DNA from: a virus
Strand: one strand, 5' to 3'
DNA length: 64,000 nt
Virus record (IMG/VR): IMGVR_UViG_3300020469_000010
The notes under the pieces are model-generated. The model ran no database searches. It was given only the letters and a program-made list of their open reading frames with translations, and had not been told where the DNA came from. This document shows positions 45,972-56,636 of the stretch, piece by piece; the first letter of the stretch is position 1; each line of letters begins with the position of its first letter. A program made the translations under genes and the position numbers.

Positions 45972-48272
45972 ATGGGAATTAATAAGAATTTCGTTGTTCG
46001 TAATGGATTAGAAGTTGCAACTGATCTGATTTATGCAAATGATTTTCAAAATAAAGTAGGAATCAATACTGCTTTTCCTGAATATGGTCTAGATGTTCAA
46101 GATGATATAAAAATTGAAGGGAGAATCGTATCTTCTGGAGAAACTGGTGGTGTAGTTGGACAATATTTAAAATCTACAGGTCAAGGATGGGAATGGGAAT
46201 CTTTTCCTATCAGCAGAAATACAGTTAGATATACTTTAACAGCTGGACAATTAAGAGTTCCTGAAACTGGAACTTTTCCAGACTTTACATTAACAGAACA
46301 AGATTTAACAAGTGTTTACTTAGATGGTGTTAAATTAACTGTTGGAGATTATTCCATCGATGTTGGTGGTGGTTCAATTGCATTATTTGCTGCTGCATTT
46401 GGTCAAGAAGAAATTGAAGTTATTGCTCATGGTGCTGCTGGTATTGGTGCAGGAACAACTGGTATTTTAGGTGTTACTGCAAGAAAAGCAGGTATTGATA
46501 GTGGATCAACAGGACAGGTAAGAATTTTTGATTTCGTTGGTCTTGGTGTAACACTAGATGGACGAGCAGGTATTTGTACAGTACATATAGATTCTGGTGG
46601 TCTAAGTGATGTTTTAAGTGATCCATCACCACAACTTGGTGGAAATTTAGATTTAAATTCCAGTGATATTACAGGAACTGGTGATGTAAATATTACTGGT
46701 TTTGTTACTGCAACAGGTTTCTATGGTAGTGGTTCTAATATCACTGGCATCTCTACACTCAACATTACAGGATATGGTGTTGGATTAGGTCAAGATGATT
46801 CTGGTCAGGATGGATTATTTGGTGAAGTAAATGATGATTCTGCTGTTGGTATTTTCACCGACAGTGCTGCTGTTGGTCTAGGCACAACAAATCCACGATT
46901 CCAAACAGAAATTGGATATGTTGGTGCTGCTGGAACACAACTATGGGTCAATGGTAACGCAAGAGTTACTGGTATTCTAACTGTTGGTGATTCAAGTATT
47001 ATAATTGATGGTGTCAATGATCAGATCAGAATCGGTGCTGGTTTTACACTATCTGCAGATACTGTTGCTCAAACTGCAAACTTACAATTATCTGGTATTA
47101 TTACTGCAACCGGATTTGATGGTGATCTAACTGGTCAACATAAAGTCTTTACCGCAGGTGTATCTAACAGTGATGATTATGATATTGCATTATTCCTTGA
47201 TCCTACTCAAGGTGGTCATTCATTTAACAGATTTGATTTAGGTCATAAGTTACAATTTAATCCCAATAATGGTCAATTCTCGGTTGCTGGAGTTACTAGC
47301 ACCAGAGGATTACAAGTAACAGGTGTCTCAACATTTACCAGTGGTGTAACTCTACAAGGTAATGCTCAGTTTGGAGATAGTATCTCAGCAGTCTTTGGTT
47401 CTGGAAATGATCTACATATTTATTCTGATGGATCAAATAGTTACATTGAAGATCAAGGTAATGGTGGAATAAACATTGATGCAAATCCATCTATCACGCT
47501 TGGACAGTATGGAACTACCGCAGAAATGGCATCCTTTAGAGTAGGTGCTGGTGTAAGTCTCTTCTATAATAACTCTAAGAAGTTTGAAACTACTGCTATA
47601 GGCATTGATGTAACTGGTAAAGTAACAGCAGATGACCATATACAATCAGTTACTGGTAATCAGACAGCAACTATAACAGGTAGTGATGATATCAAAAATG
47701 ATCCAGAATTAATTTTATATACAAATAATACATCTGAATTCAGAGGTTCAAGAGTTGAACTTCTAAATTCATCCAATGGAACTCAGTTATCACACTTAAA
47801 TAATAGTATAGCAAGTGGTAGTGGACAATATTTTGCCATAGAAAAAACCACTAATGATGGCACTTTCGTGCAACAGATGGCAATCTACTCTTATCGCAAT
47901 GATGAGTGGGTATTTAAGACAGGTTCTAATGAAGTTGAAAGCCTTACTATTAATAATGGACAGGTTGGTATTGGAACAACAGTTATTACTGATACTCTAA
48001 CAGTTGATGGTAATGTAAGGTCTACTAATGTTACAGTTAGTGCGGATATAACAATCGGAGGTAAAGTTCAATCAGATGTTATTGTTGGTAGCGGATATTC
48101 AGTAGGTATTGGAAGTACACAACCACAGAAAGCATTAGATGTTAGTGGTGAAATTTTAGTAACCGGTGGTATTAGTACTAATGGAACTAGTACAGCAGTT
48201 TCTTTAAATGTTGTTGGAAATGATTTAGTTATTACTGTAGGATCTTTATCAACATCGTTTTCTTTAGGATAA
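45972..48272 (+). CDS. Tail fibre protein
   Basis: MGINKNFVVRNGLEV, VGI.T..P repeats, DPSPQLGGNLDLN, KKFETT. Confidence 0.75.
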   Translation: MGINKNFVVRNGLEVATDLIYANDFQNKVGINTAFPEYGLDVQDDIKIEGRIVSSGETGGVVGQYLKSTGQGWEWESFPISRNTVRYTLTAGQLRVPETGTFPDFTLTEQDLTSVYLDGVKLTVGDYSIDVGGGSIALFAAAFGQEEIEVIAHGAAGIGAGTTGILGVTARKAGIDSGSTGQVRIFDFVGLGVTLDGRAGICTVHIDSGGLSDVLSDPSPQLGGNLDLNSSDITGTGDVNITGFVTATGFYGSGSNITGISTLNITGYGVGLGQDDSGQDGLFGEVNDDSAVGIFTDSAAVGLGTTNPRFQTEIGYVGAAGTQLWVNGNARVTGILTVGDSSIIIDGVNDQIRIGAGFTLSADTVAQTANLQLSGIITATGFDGDLTGQHKVFTAGVSNSDDYDIALFLDPTQGGHSFNRFDLGHKLQFNPNNGQFSVAGVTSTRGLQVTGVSTFTSGVTLQGNAQFGDSISAVFGSGNDLHIYSDGSNSYIEDQGNGGINIDANPSITLGQYGTTAEMASFRVGAGVSLFYNNSKKFETTAIGIDVTGKVTADDHIQSVTGNQTATITGSDDIKNDPELILYTNNTSEFRGSRVELLNSSNGTQLSHLNNSIASGSGQYFAIEKTTNDGTFVQQMAIYSYRNDEWVFKTGSNEVESLTINNGQVGIGTTVITDTLTVDGNVRSTNVTVSADITIGGKVQSDVIVGSGYSVGIGSTQPQKALDVSGEILVTGGISTNGTSTAVSLNVVGNDLVITVGSLSTSFSLG

Positions 48273-48329
48273 ATAGGAGATCGCCAGTCACTAAATACTC
48301 TTAAGAGACCCACCTAGCTAGAGAAATAG

Positions 48330-51300
48330 ATGACTAGAAATAGTAGAGAACTATCTCAATTTGCGTCTTTTATTGATGTTAGAGATGCCAACCAAAATAT
48401 CGGGATTATTACATCAATAGTCATCGAACCTGGTGGCATTGGAATTGGAAGCACAGTTGCAGATTATCGTGCAGAAGTTGCAGCAAGAGGTGCTGTAGAT
48501 CCTCTAATCAACTTCAATGAAAGTTACTTATTAGATAAAGTTTATATTGAAGCAGATATAAATGTTGACGGTGGTCAGACAGCAGCAATAACATCTGCTG
48601 GATCAACATTTAATCACCTTAATGTAGCAGGATTAACAACGACACAGAATTTAACAGTTACAGGTATCTCTACACTTGGTGGTGATACTGGAATTGGAAC
48701 GTTATATGTTGGATCATTAAATACTGAAATCGGTGATAGCGCTGCATTAGGTAAGTCAGATACTCCATATCCAGGAACAAACTATAATTATCTTGGTGTT
48801 GGTGGTGGTAACTTTTCACCAGATAATGAATTTGCCCGTGCTGCTGTCATCATCAGTCAAGATGAAGGTGGTGATTTAAATAGAGACGATTATATTGCAT
48901 TACAAGTTTTTGGAAGAACACAATTTAATGGACGATCTCCAGATGATAATGCTGGTTTAGGAACTGCATTTGTAGTTGTTCCGGAATCATTTTTCCATAA
49001 TAAAATTACTTCTGCTCAAGGCATTGATATAACTAACCTTGACAATGGTTCAGGAAATAAATCCGATGGAAATCTTAAAGTATTCAATAGTGCACGTGAA
49101 AGAAATTTCTATAGAGATGACACATTTAGCGAAAAAGATCCAGCGGTTTACACCAGTGGTGGTATTTTAGTTGATAAATTTGGTGAAGTTGGACTTGGTT
49201 TCTCTGTTGGTGAAAGACTACAAGTTGGTTTTGGATTAACAAGAGATACCAATATTGTAAGTGGTTTTGACCCACTCGTCATGAGTGATGTTGTTCATGA
49301 TATAAGAGGAGACATATCTATTGGTGGTGATGAAATAATACTTGGTTTTACATCAACTAACCATCTTTATGATGGTGTCAATGATGCTCAAGTTAGATTT
49401 GTAAATTCCAGAGTTGCATCTAATATTTTACCACTGTTAGATAATAATAATTCTATAGGTGATGCTGCCGGTAGTCCATGGCCAAAGATCTTCGCAGCTG
49501 ATCTTGTTGATGTTGGTATATCAAATAGCATAACTGCTGGTGGTAGTGCTGCTAGAGGTCTAATACTGGCAAAAGATTTAATAATATCTGGAGTAACAAC
49601 AAGTTCAAGAGCATTTATTCCAGGTATAGGTTTAACTGGTGCAGATGCTACTGAAGCTCTCGATTTTGAAGTTCAGGTTGGTGCAACTAAGGTAAGAAAT
49701 TTCTCAGCAAATGGACATAATAAATTAGTTGGTTTCACCACAATTTTTGGAGAATTAAATGTTATAACAAGCAGTGGTGCTCCATTTAATGGATATGCAG
49801 CAACTGCTTTCCATGCAAATCAGATAGATGTTACTAGGCAGGACGCAAATAATAGTGCTAATCCTGAATATTTCTTCCCAGCAATGGTGAATTCCAGTCA
49901 AACTCAGACTGCTGCTGGTGCATTGTTATTTGTAAATCCTGGTTTTTATCTAGATGCTTTTGGATCAAGTCTCTACATTCAAAATGACTTAAATGTTCTT
50001 GGAACTGCTATCAATGCAGATCCATTTAGTGGAGAAACTGAAATAAGATTTGATGTACTAAATTATCGAGTAGATCAGTTACAACTTGCTGGTGAAGCAA
50101 GTCAAATCACCATGGGGCAGGCAGGTGCCACTGGTGTTACGACTATTTTTACTCGTAGAACAGATATATCAGAACTTAGACTTTTCCAAAATAATATTGA
50201 ATCAAGTGTTGGAAGTACATGTATCACATTAGATAATCTTGATACCATATTCACTGGTAGCGTTACTATTGGTGGAACGCAAATTGCTGCTACTAGTAAT
50301 CAATTTGAGATTGCATCTGATCCGAATTCTGGTAAATTATTTACTGGTGCGGCTGATATTCTAATTGGTCCTGATGGACAGACAACATCTGGAGTTACAA
50401 CTATAAGATCTACTATTACTGAAGTTGAAAAACTACAACTCAATGCAAATCAAATTAGATCAAGTGATGCTGAACCTGTTATTGAGGTTGGTGTAGGTGC
50501 AACTTTTGTTCAAACTAGTGGTGATTTAATAATAACCGGTATACACATAAACACTGGTTTTGGTGAAACTCAAATAACATTAGATAAACAGGTTGGTAGG
50601 ATTGAATTTTATAATGACATCATGGTTAATAGTAATAAAATACTATCCAGTGATGGAAATATAAACATTCAAATGTTTGATAACCAGGAACTTACAAGTT
50701 TCACTGGTGCAATTAGAGTTGAAGGTGATACTATTCAAGCAGGAAGTGGTAATACAAACATCACAATGCAGAGCAACCAGCTAACAAGATTTGCTGGTGC
50801 AATACAAGTTGATGGTAATCAAATTCGTTCTAGTGATGGACAAACAAATATTGAAATTAATAGTGATTTCTTAACAGAATTTAAAGGTGATATTCGTGTT
50901 GGTGGTGCTGGATCAATTCAAGCAGGTGATGGAGTTAATTGTATAACTCTTGAAGTTGGAACAGGTAATGTTGCAATTTCAAGTGATTTAACTGCTAACA
51001 GTGCGTTCTTTAATGGATTAGAAGCAAGATTAAATGTTCAAGATGTTGACATCAGAGATAACCTCTTGAGAATTGGTATGATTGAAGATCCTACAACAGA
51101 AGGATCACTAATTCCACCAAATGTATCGACAGGAAATACTGGTGATGTTGGTATCTTGATGGCAAGATATGATGTTGGTCTTTCAACTCATAAATATGCC
51201 GGTATTTTCTTTGATGATTCTAATGGAAGAATTGCAATTCGCACTGATGTAGAGGATGATCAGACTGGTACTGGAAGAAATCGTATACTCCAACTAAATG

Positions 51301-51443
51301 GATTACCCTCAGAATTAGAAATTAAAAACTTACTTTTAACTCTAAATAATACAATCGGAGTTAAAACATTGTTTGAACCTAGTGCAACTGACGATACTGT
51401 TCTTGTTCTGGGTAATGTGGAAATAGATGGGGGCACTTATTGA
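48330..51443 (+). CDS. Tail fibre protein
   Basis: MTRNSRELSQ, repeated (I/V).GN.I.SSDG..NI modules, C-terminal IDGGTY. Confidence 0.75.
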   Translation: MTRNSRELSQFASFIDVRDANQNIGIITSIVIEPGGIGIGSTVADYRAEVAARGAVDPLINFNESYLLDKVYIEADINVDGGQTAAITSAGSTFNHLNVAGLTTTQNLTVTGISTLGGDTGIGTLYVGSLNTEIGDSAALGKSDTPYPGTNYNYLGVGGGNFSPDNEFARAAVIISQDEGGDLNRDDYIALQVFGRTQFNGRSPDDNAGLGTAFVVVPESFFHNKITSAQGIDITNLDNGSGNKSDGNLKVFNSARERNFYRDDTFSEKDPAVYTSGGILVDKFGEVGLGFSVGERLQVGFGLTRDTNIVSGFDPLVMSDVVHDIRGDISIGGDEIILGFTSTNHLYDGVNDAQVRFVNSRVASNILPLLDNNNSIGDAAGSPWPKIFAADLVDVGISNSITAGGSAARGLILAKDLIISGVTTSSRAFIPGIGLTGADATEALDFEVQVGATKVRNFSANGHNKLVGFTTIFGELNVITSSGAPFNGYAATAFHANQIDVTRQDANNSANPEYFFPAMVNSSQTQTAAGALLFVNPGFYLDAFGSSLYIQNDLNVLGTAINADPFSGETEIRFDVLNYRVDQLQLAGEASQITMGQAGATGVTTIFTRRTDISELRLFQNNIESSVGSTCITLDNLDTIFTGSVTIGGTQIAATSNQFEIASDPNSGKLFTGAADILIGPDGQTTSGVTTIRSTITEVEKLQLNANQIRSSDAEPVIEVGVGATFVQTSGDLIITGIHINTGFGETQITLDKQVGRIEFYNDIMVNSNKILSSDGNINIQMFDNQELTSFTGAIRVEGDTIQAGSGNTNITMQSNQLTRFAGAIQVDGNQIRSSDGQTNIEINSDFLTEFKGDIRVGGAGSIQAGDGVNCITLEVGTGNVAISSDLTANSAFFNGLEARLNVQDVDIRDNLLRIGMIEDPTTEGSLIPPNVSTGNTGDVGILMARYDVGLSTHKYAGIFFDDSNGRIAIRTDVEDDQTGTGRNRILQLNGLPSELEIKNLLLTLNNTIGVKTLFEPSATDDTVLVLGNVEIDGGTY

Positions 51444-51616
51444 AGTGTCCACTGAAACAACCACTGAGACGATTACCCTATAAACTAGAGGTAATCAAAT
51501 TATATCATGAAATTTCTATTTGTCATCTCAGGAATATGGTTTTTACATTGGTTATGTGTAATTCCATACAAAATTATTGAATTGTTTCAACCTTCTCAAT
51601 TAATTCCTTTTGGGGC

Positions 51617-51645
51617 TTGACAAAAATAACAAATTTAATTATGAT
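51617..51645 (+). promoter_or_regulatory. Sigma70 promoter
   Basis: TTGACA-17-TATGAT upstream of NblA-like ORF. Confidence 0.7.
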
Positions 51646-51690
51646 AACTCTGCTAGGGTTGAAGGGTAAATAAGCTTTAAGGAGACTTTT

Positions 51691-51861
51691 ATGGAACCAT
51701 CAGAAATAACATTAACATCACCATCAAAATCTTTTGAATATGAAAAATTATCAAGAGAAATTGATAATGTCAATGATGTTAAAGAATTAAAAAATATGCT
51801 TAAGTCATATGTAAAATTATATTTTAAACAACAGGAAACTATTAAAATGATTGGTCTTTAG
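51691..51861 (+). CDS. NblA-like phycobilisome degradation adaptor (56 aa, not in ORF track)
   Basis: MEPSEITLTSPSKSFEYEKLSREIDNVNDVKELKNMLKSYVKLYFKQQETIKMIGL; AAGGAG RBS; NblA-like helix-loop-helix pattern. Confidence 0.55.
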   Translation: MEPSEITLTSPSKSFEYEKLSREIDNVNDVKELKNMLKSYVKLYFKQQETIKMIGL

Positions 51862-51918
51862 AACCAATTTAAAAACTGTCACAGGCATCTTGACTTTCGG
51901 GTTGAGATGCCTTATATT
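51861..51918 (+). promoter_or_regulatory. Sigma70 promoter with upstream AACTGTCAC motif
   Basis: TTGACT(51890)-17-TATATT(51913). Confidence 0.65.
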
Positions 51919-51941
51919 ATGTTCATTGACAGGGACAGCAC

Positions 51942-53186
51942 TTGACCATCACTCTTCGACCCCACCAGTTTCGTGCAGTTGAAGCAATGCAAGAGAATAA
52001 TCTTGGTCAAATTATTGTTCCTACTGGTGGTGGCAAAACTATCTGCATGATTCAAGATACTATTCATCAGCAGGCAATTCCTACTGGAACTACTACTGTC
52101 GTTGTTGCTCCTCGTATTCTTCTTGCAGAGCAACTTTGTAGTGAGTTTCTTGAGTTGGTTAATACTAACTATACTCATATTCTTCATATTCATAGTGGAG
52201 AGACTTCACATTTCTCTACAACAAAACCAGAAAAAATCAATTTATTTGTAAATACTGCTAGGACTGCTGGTGAAAATGTAATTATCTTTACCACCTATCA
52301 TTCCTTACATCGTTTGCAGGAAGCAGATGTTGAGGTCAATACAATTTATTTTGATGAAGCGCATAATTCTGTGCAGAGAAACTTTTTCCCTGCTACAGAA
52401 TACTTTGCTTCTAATTCTGATCGTAGCTATTTTTTCACTGCTACTCCTAAGCACAGTGCTACCATTTTTAAACCTGGTATGAATGATACCGAAGTTTATG
52501 GTCAGGTAATTTGTCAAGTTCCTGCACCTGAACTGGTGAACAACGGTTTCATTATTCCTCCCAAAGTTGTTGTCAATCACTTGGACAATGCTTCTCTTTA
52601 TCCTGATGTTCCTGCACGGGATTCTGTTCATCTAATCAATACCATTGAAGAGACTGGTGCTGACAAAGCACTGATCTGCTCTAAGTCTACTAAAAACATT
52701 ATCAATCTGATTGGTCAGTCTGACTTTACTTTTCAGTTGGAATTGCGTGGATATTCTTACATGTATATCACTGCTAAGACTGGTGCTGTGATTGATGGTA
52801 AGAAAGTCAATCGAGAGGTCTTTTTTGATACTTTGAGTGCATGGGGTCGTGATGATGAGAAGAAGTTTGTTGTACTCCACCACAGCATTCTTTCTGAGGG
52901 TATCAATGTTTCTGGTCTTAATGCTGTTATTTTTATGAGATCCATGGATTACATTGGTATCAGTCAAACCATCGGTCGTGTGATTCGTTTACACAAAGAT
53001 GATGCAAAAGGTCTTCGTAATGGTACAATTATTCCAGGTCAACTAAATCAATACACAAAGTCTTATGGTTTAGTTTGCATCCCTACCTTCAATAGTTCAG
53101 GTATCAGCACTGCTAAAAAAGTTCAAGCAGTTGTTGATATTGTCTTTGAGAAAGGTGATGCTGCTGTTTCTGTAGTAAAGAAGTGA
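51942..53186 (+). CDS. SF2 DEAD/DEAH-like helicase (ResIII-like)
   Basis: LRPHQ, PTGGGKT, VAPRILLAEQ, TTYHS, FDEAH, FTATP, LSEGI, QTIGRVIR. Confidence 0.9.
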   Translation: MTITLRPHQFRAVEAMQENNLGQIIVPTGGGKTICMIQDTIHQQAIPTGTTTVVVAPRILLAEQLCSEFLELVNTNYTHILHIHSGETSHFSTTKPEKINLFVNTARTAGENVIIFTTYHSLHRLQEADVEVNTIYFDEAHNSVQRNFFPATEYFASNSDRSYFFTATPKHSATIFKPGMNDTEVYGQVICQVPAPELVNNGFIIPPKVVVNHLDNASLYPDVPARDSVHLINTIEETGADKALICSKSTKNIINLIGQSDFTFQLELRGYSYMYITAKTGAVIDGKKVNREVFFDTLSAWGRDDEKKFVVLHHSILSEGINVSGLNAVIFMRSMDYIGISQTIGRVIRLHKDDAKGLRNGTIIPGQLNQYTKSYGLVCIPTFNSSGISTAKKVQAVVDIVFEKGDAAVSVVKK

Positions 53187-53190
53187 TAAC

Positions 53191-53406
53191 ATGAAGTATA
53201 AATATACAAACTCATCAGTTCTAGATCCCAACTTTCGTGATCAATACTGCTCAGATGATGGAAATTTTGTAGTAATTCCATTAGCAGGAAAGAAAGTAAG
53301 ATATTCAATTATCTTAAAGGGAACACCAACGGGAAAAATTTATCGCAAATTTGACACTGCGATGAAAGATGTGGTAAAATTACAAAAAAGACAAAAAAGG
53401 AAGTAA
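53191..53406 (+). CDS. Hypothetical protein
   Basis: 71-aa basic ORF. Confidence 0.55.
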   Translation: MKYKYTNSSVLDPNFRDQYCSDDGNFVVIPLAGKKVRYSIILKGTPTGKIYRKFDTAMKDVVKLQKRQKRK

Positions 53407-53408
53407 TC

Positions 53409-54083
53409 ATGAGTGTTGATTATTCAATTTATTTTGGTGAAAATGAGGATAGCAATCCTGGTAATGAAGATTATATAATTCCTATATTTTCAGTTCCTTT
53501 ATTTCACTATAAAGTAGAAAATTGGCCAGAGAAAAAAGAAAAATTGATGGAATTATATAATAAAAGATTAGAAAGTAACATGTTAAAAAGAACTGGAGGT
53601 ATGAATGATGTAGAAACTGATTATCATGCTAATTTTGATAATGAATATAATTATTCGGATGATATCACTGACATCTTTGAAAGTGAATTAGTAGATTTTG
53701 CTGATGCTTCAGACTTGGCAATTTCTGTAAACTCTACATGGTTTGAAAGATCATCTAAAAATAGTTTACATTCATGTCATAATCATGGACCAATAGGATA
53801 TAGTGCAGTTTGCTTCATTCAATTTGATCCTAAATATCATACACCAACGGTGTTTATGAATCCAGTAACTGCTGCTGTTTCACCATGTAGTTTGATGCCA
53901 CCAGGAATAAGAGAAGGATCTTTAATTTTATTTCCATCATATCTTTTACATTTTACAAATTCTAATGAAAGTGATGTGGATAGAATTATATTATCATTTA
54001 ACTTAGAATCTGAAGAGGAAAGTCAAAAATTTTCTGATGATGATGATGCACATGACGGTGAATACTACTCAAAATCCTGCTAA
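53409..54083 (+). CDS. 2OG-Fe(II) oxygenase (TIGR02466-like)
   Basis: STW...HSCHNH...YSAVCFI...LFPSYLLH...RIILSFN. Confidence 0.85.
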   Translation: MSVDYSIYFGENEDSNPGNEDYIIPIFSVPLFHYKVENWPEKKEKLMELYNKRLESNMLKRTGGMNDVETDYHANFDNEYNYSDDITDIFESELVDFADASDLAISVNSTWFERSSKNSLHSCHNHGPIGYSAVCFIQFDPKYHTPTVFMNPVTAAVSPCSLMPPGIREGSLILFPSYLLHFTNSNESDVDRIILSFNLESEEESQKFSDDDDAHDGEYYSKSC

Positions 54084-54639
54084 AGTTTTTATTCTTCGTA
54101 ATTTTTTATTTGAAGATGATGTAAAAGAACTTAATCAGTGGACACTTAGGAACAACCATTTGCATTATTTTAAAGATGCTTGTATGGATCCTGATAATCA
54201 TGGGACGAGATTTACAACTCGACGTTGTAATGAAGAAATAGCAGGAGACATAGACTATCCAAAGTCTGCATATGTTATACAAAAAAGAATAATCAATTAT
54301 TTTCACCTAGAAGGATATAAAAGTCCACCATCATATAGTCATGGAATTGTAACTGGAATTGGATACGATGGTGGAAGAATAGAGAATCACATTGATCCTA
54401 CATACTATCCAGATACAAAAACAGTTCACTTCAATGCTATCACACAACAAGCAGAAGAGGGTGGACATACCATCATTGATGGTGTAGAATATAAAAATGT
54501 AAATCCTACGGATCTTTTAATCTATCAAGTATCTGAACTTCATCATGAAGTAACATCAACTAAAGGAAATACTCCTAGAATACTTTGGGTTTTTGGTTTT
54601 TGCCTTGACAACGAAAAAATAGAGGAAATTTTTTTATGA
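54052..54639 (+). CDS. 2OG-Fe(II) oxygenase
   Basis: HID...EEGG...HHEV...RILWVFG. Confidence 0.8.
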   Translation: MTVNTTQNPAKVFILRNFLFEDDVKELNQWTLRNNHLHYFKDACMDPDNHGTRFTTRRCNEEIAGDIDYPKSAYVIQKRIINYFHLEGYKSPPSYSHGIVTGIGYDGGRIENHIDPTYYPDTKTVHFNAITQQAEEGGHTIIDGVEYKNVNPTDLLIYQVSELHHEVTSTKGNTPRILWVFGFCLDNEKIEEIFL

Positions 54640-55361
54640 CAGTAGAATTGTTTGAACTTAATGACCTATCTAATATGAAAGTCATTAAATTTAATGATGG
54701 AGATAGTGTATCAAATATTTACTGGATGGATAATTTTTACAAAGATCCAGATGGTGTATTTGATTATATTCAATCTGAAGAACCACCCCTATGGAAATAT
54801 GGAGATGAGTGGAAAGAATTCATGGAGACTTCATTGAACACCAAAACTTTTGAAGACAGACGACATATGAGAAAAACACCATATTTAAAAAAGGTGTATA
54901 AAGCATTGTCAAAGTTTACTGGTCAGGATGCAATGGATTATGATCTTGTCACAAACTACACTAGATTTAGTAGAGTAAAAGAAAATCCATATAAAACACA
55001 TTATTGGTGGCCTCATCATGACGCAGGATATAATGGTATTTGCTATCTGACAAAAAATGAAGAAATTGGAACCAATTTATACAAACCATTAATTACCGAT
55101 AATCCAGAAATTTTACCTCTAGATGAAAATGATTCTTATAGAAATGAACATGGAATACCATGGACACCTAAAAAATTGTGGGATATTGTAGTCAGATTAC
55201 GTTCAAAATATAATAGATTTGTTATGTTTGAAGGATCTATGTACTATCATAGCATGGACTTGACTGGTAAATATTATTTTGCTGATCATTATAGTAATGC
55301 TGATTATCGTATCAATCAAGTATTCTTTTTTAGAAATGAATCATCTCCATATTCAGACTGA
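54636..55361 (+). CDS. 2OG-Fe(II) oxygenase-like (DUF6445-like)
   Basis: DNFYKDPD, PHHD, ICYL...GTNLY, KYNR.V.F....YH, RINQVFF. Confidence 0.75.
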   Translation: MTVELFELNDLSNMKVIKFNDGDSVSNIYWMDNFYKDPDGVFDYIQSEEPPLWKYGDEWKEFMETSLNTKTFEDRRHMRKTPYLKKVYKALSKFTGQDAMDYDLVTNYTRFSRVKENPYKTHYWWPHHDAGYNGICYLTKNEEIGTNLYKPLITDNPEILPLDENDSYRNEHGIPWTPKKLWDIVVRLRSKYNRFVMFEGSMYYHSMDLTGKYYFADHYSNADYRINQVFFFRNESSPYSD

Positions 55362-55367
55362 AGTATA

Positions 55368-56063
55368 ATGCACAAACATAAGATAAATCGCACTTACTAT
55401 GAGGACACTCATGAAGATAATAATCAAGAAAATGATTCAAATCATATAGAGATTCATGATGTACAATCTGAACAAATTTTTTCAACTCCAATTTGGAGTA
55501 TGGAAATTGATACTGATAATGATGCAATACTTGAAGAATGTTATGATTTAGAACGCAAATTTCCTAATGGAGTTCGTAAATCTAATGCAGGAGGGTGGCA
55601 AAGTGATGTATTTGAAATTGAAACTATAAGTCCCTTTATGACTCCTAAAATTCAAATTTTAGCAAGAAATGTAGAAGATATTACTTATGATTTGGTAGAA
55701 GAATTTGCCGGAGGAAAGAAAAATCTTTCTGCTAATGTTGGTAAAGATCAAATAGGATGGTGGATTAACATTAACAGAGGATATTCATATAATGTTTATC
55801 ACACCCATCCGGGATGTGCATTGATTGCATTATATTATGCAAAAATCCCAAATAATAAAGACGAAAGAGAAGGTAATTTAGTTCTCTTAAGACAAGATTC
55901 AATGAATCATAATAATGTATTTGCTAACATAGGAGAACTATGTGAGGCTAATATCATACCACAAGAAAAACATTTGTATATAATGCCTTCAGTTGTAGCA
56001 CATTATGTCACTGCACATACTTGCAATGAAGATAGAATTTCTATTGCATTTAATATTGGATAA
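55368..56063 (+). CDS. 2OG-Fe(II) oxygenase (TIGR02466-like)
   Basis: SNAGGWQS, WININ, HTHPG, YYAK, PS...HYV, RISIAFN. Confidence 0.85.
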   Translation: MHKHKINRTYYEDTHEDNNQENDSNHIEIHDVQSEQIFSTPIWSMEIDTDNDAILEECYDLERKFPNGVRKSNAGGWQSDVFEIETISPFMTPKIQILARNVEDITYDLVEEFAGGKKNLSANVGKDQIGWWININRGYSYNVYHTHPGCALIALYYAKIPNNKDEREGNLVLLRQDSMNHNNVFANIGELCEANIIPQEKHLYIMPSVVAHYVTAHTCNEDRISIAFNIG

Positions 56064-56099
56064 ATAGAATGATACTGAAATTTTTTGGTAGGTAAATAT

Positions 56100-56627
56100 A
56101 TGTCAATTCTACAGGCCAGTGGCATACAATTTGGAGATAATACAGTTTTAAATTCCAAGTATGGAATTATTCCTCAGGGAAGCAGTATGGTATTCTATAA
56201 ATCTTCTGCTCCAAGTGGATGGACAAAATCTACAGCACATAATAATAAAGCATTAAGAGTTGTATCTGGATCTGGTGGTGGATTTGGTTCTGGTGGAACT
56301 TCTGGACCGGGAGGATCTTCCTTCACTTCTATCATGGCAAGTAGAAGTGTTTCTGGATCAGTAACTTCGGGTGGTGCTGTTGGTAATCATACATTAACAT
56401 TGCAGCAAATTCCATCACATAGTCATAATGCAGGTTCTAGTGTAACTGTTAGTCCAGGTAGTCCTGGTACACAAGGTCGTGCTGTTAATAGTCAAGCACC
56501 TAATACAGGTAGTGCTGGAGGAGGTTCATCTCATAATCACCCATTTAGTGGTGGTACTTCTCCTGTTTCTGGTAGTGTTGATTTGAGAGTTCAATATATT
56601 GATGTTATTGTTTGTAGTTTTAACTGA
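56100..56627 (+). CDS. Short tail-collar/needle-type fibre protein
   Basis: FYKSSAPSGWTK..HNNKALRVVSG, HTLTLQQIPSHSH, GGGSSHNH, VQYIDVIVC; TAAATA at 56061. Confidence 0.75.
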   Translation: MSILQASGIQFGDNTVLNSKYGIIPQGSSMVFYKSSAPSGWTKSTAHNNKALRVVSGSGGGFGSGGTSGPGGSSFTSIMASRSVSGSVTSGGAVGNHTLTLQQIPSHSHNAGSSVTVSPGSPGTQGRAVNSQAPNTGSAGGGSSHNHPFSGGTSPVSGSVDLRVQYIDVIVCSFN

Positions 56628-56636
56628 GGACAATAA

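Noticed and set aside
51508-51621. 37-codon hydrophobic ORF (MKFLFVISGIWFLHWLC...)
   Set aside because: Too short with no recognisable family; cannot be supported from sequence alone
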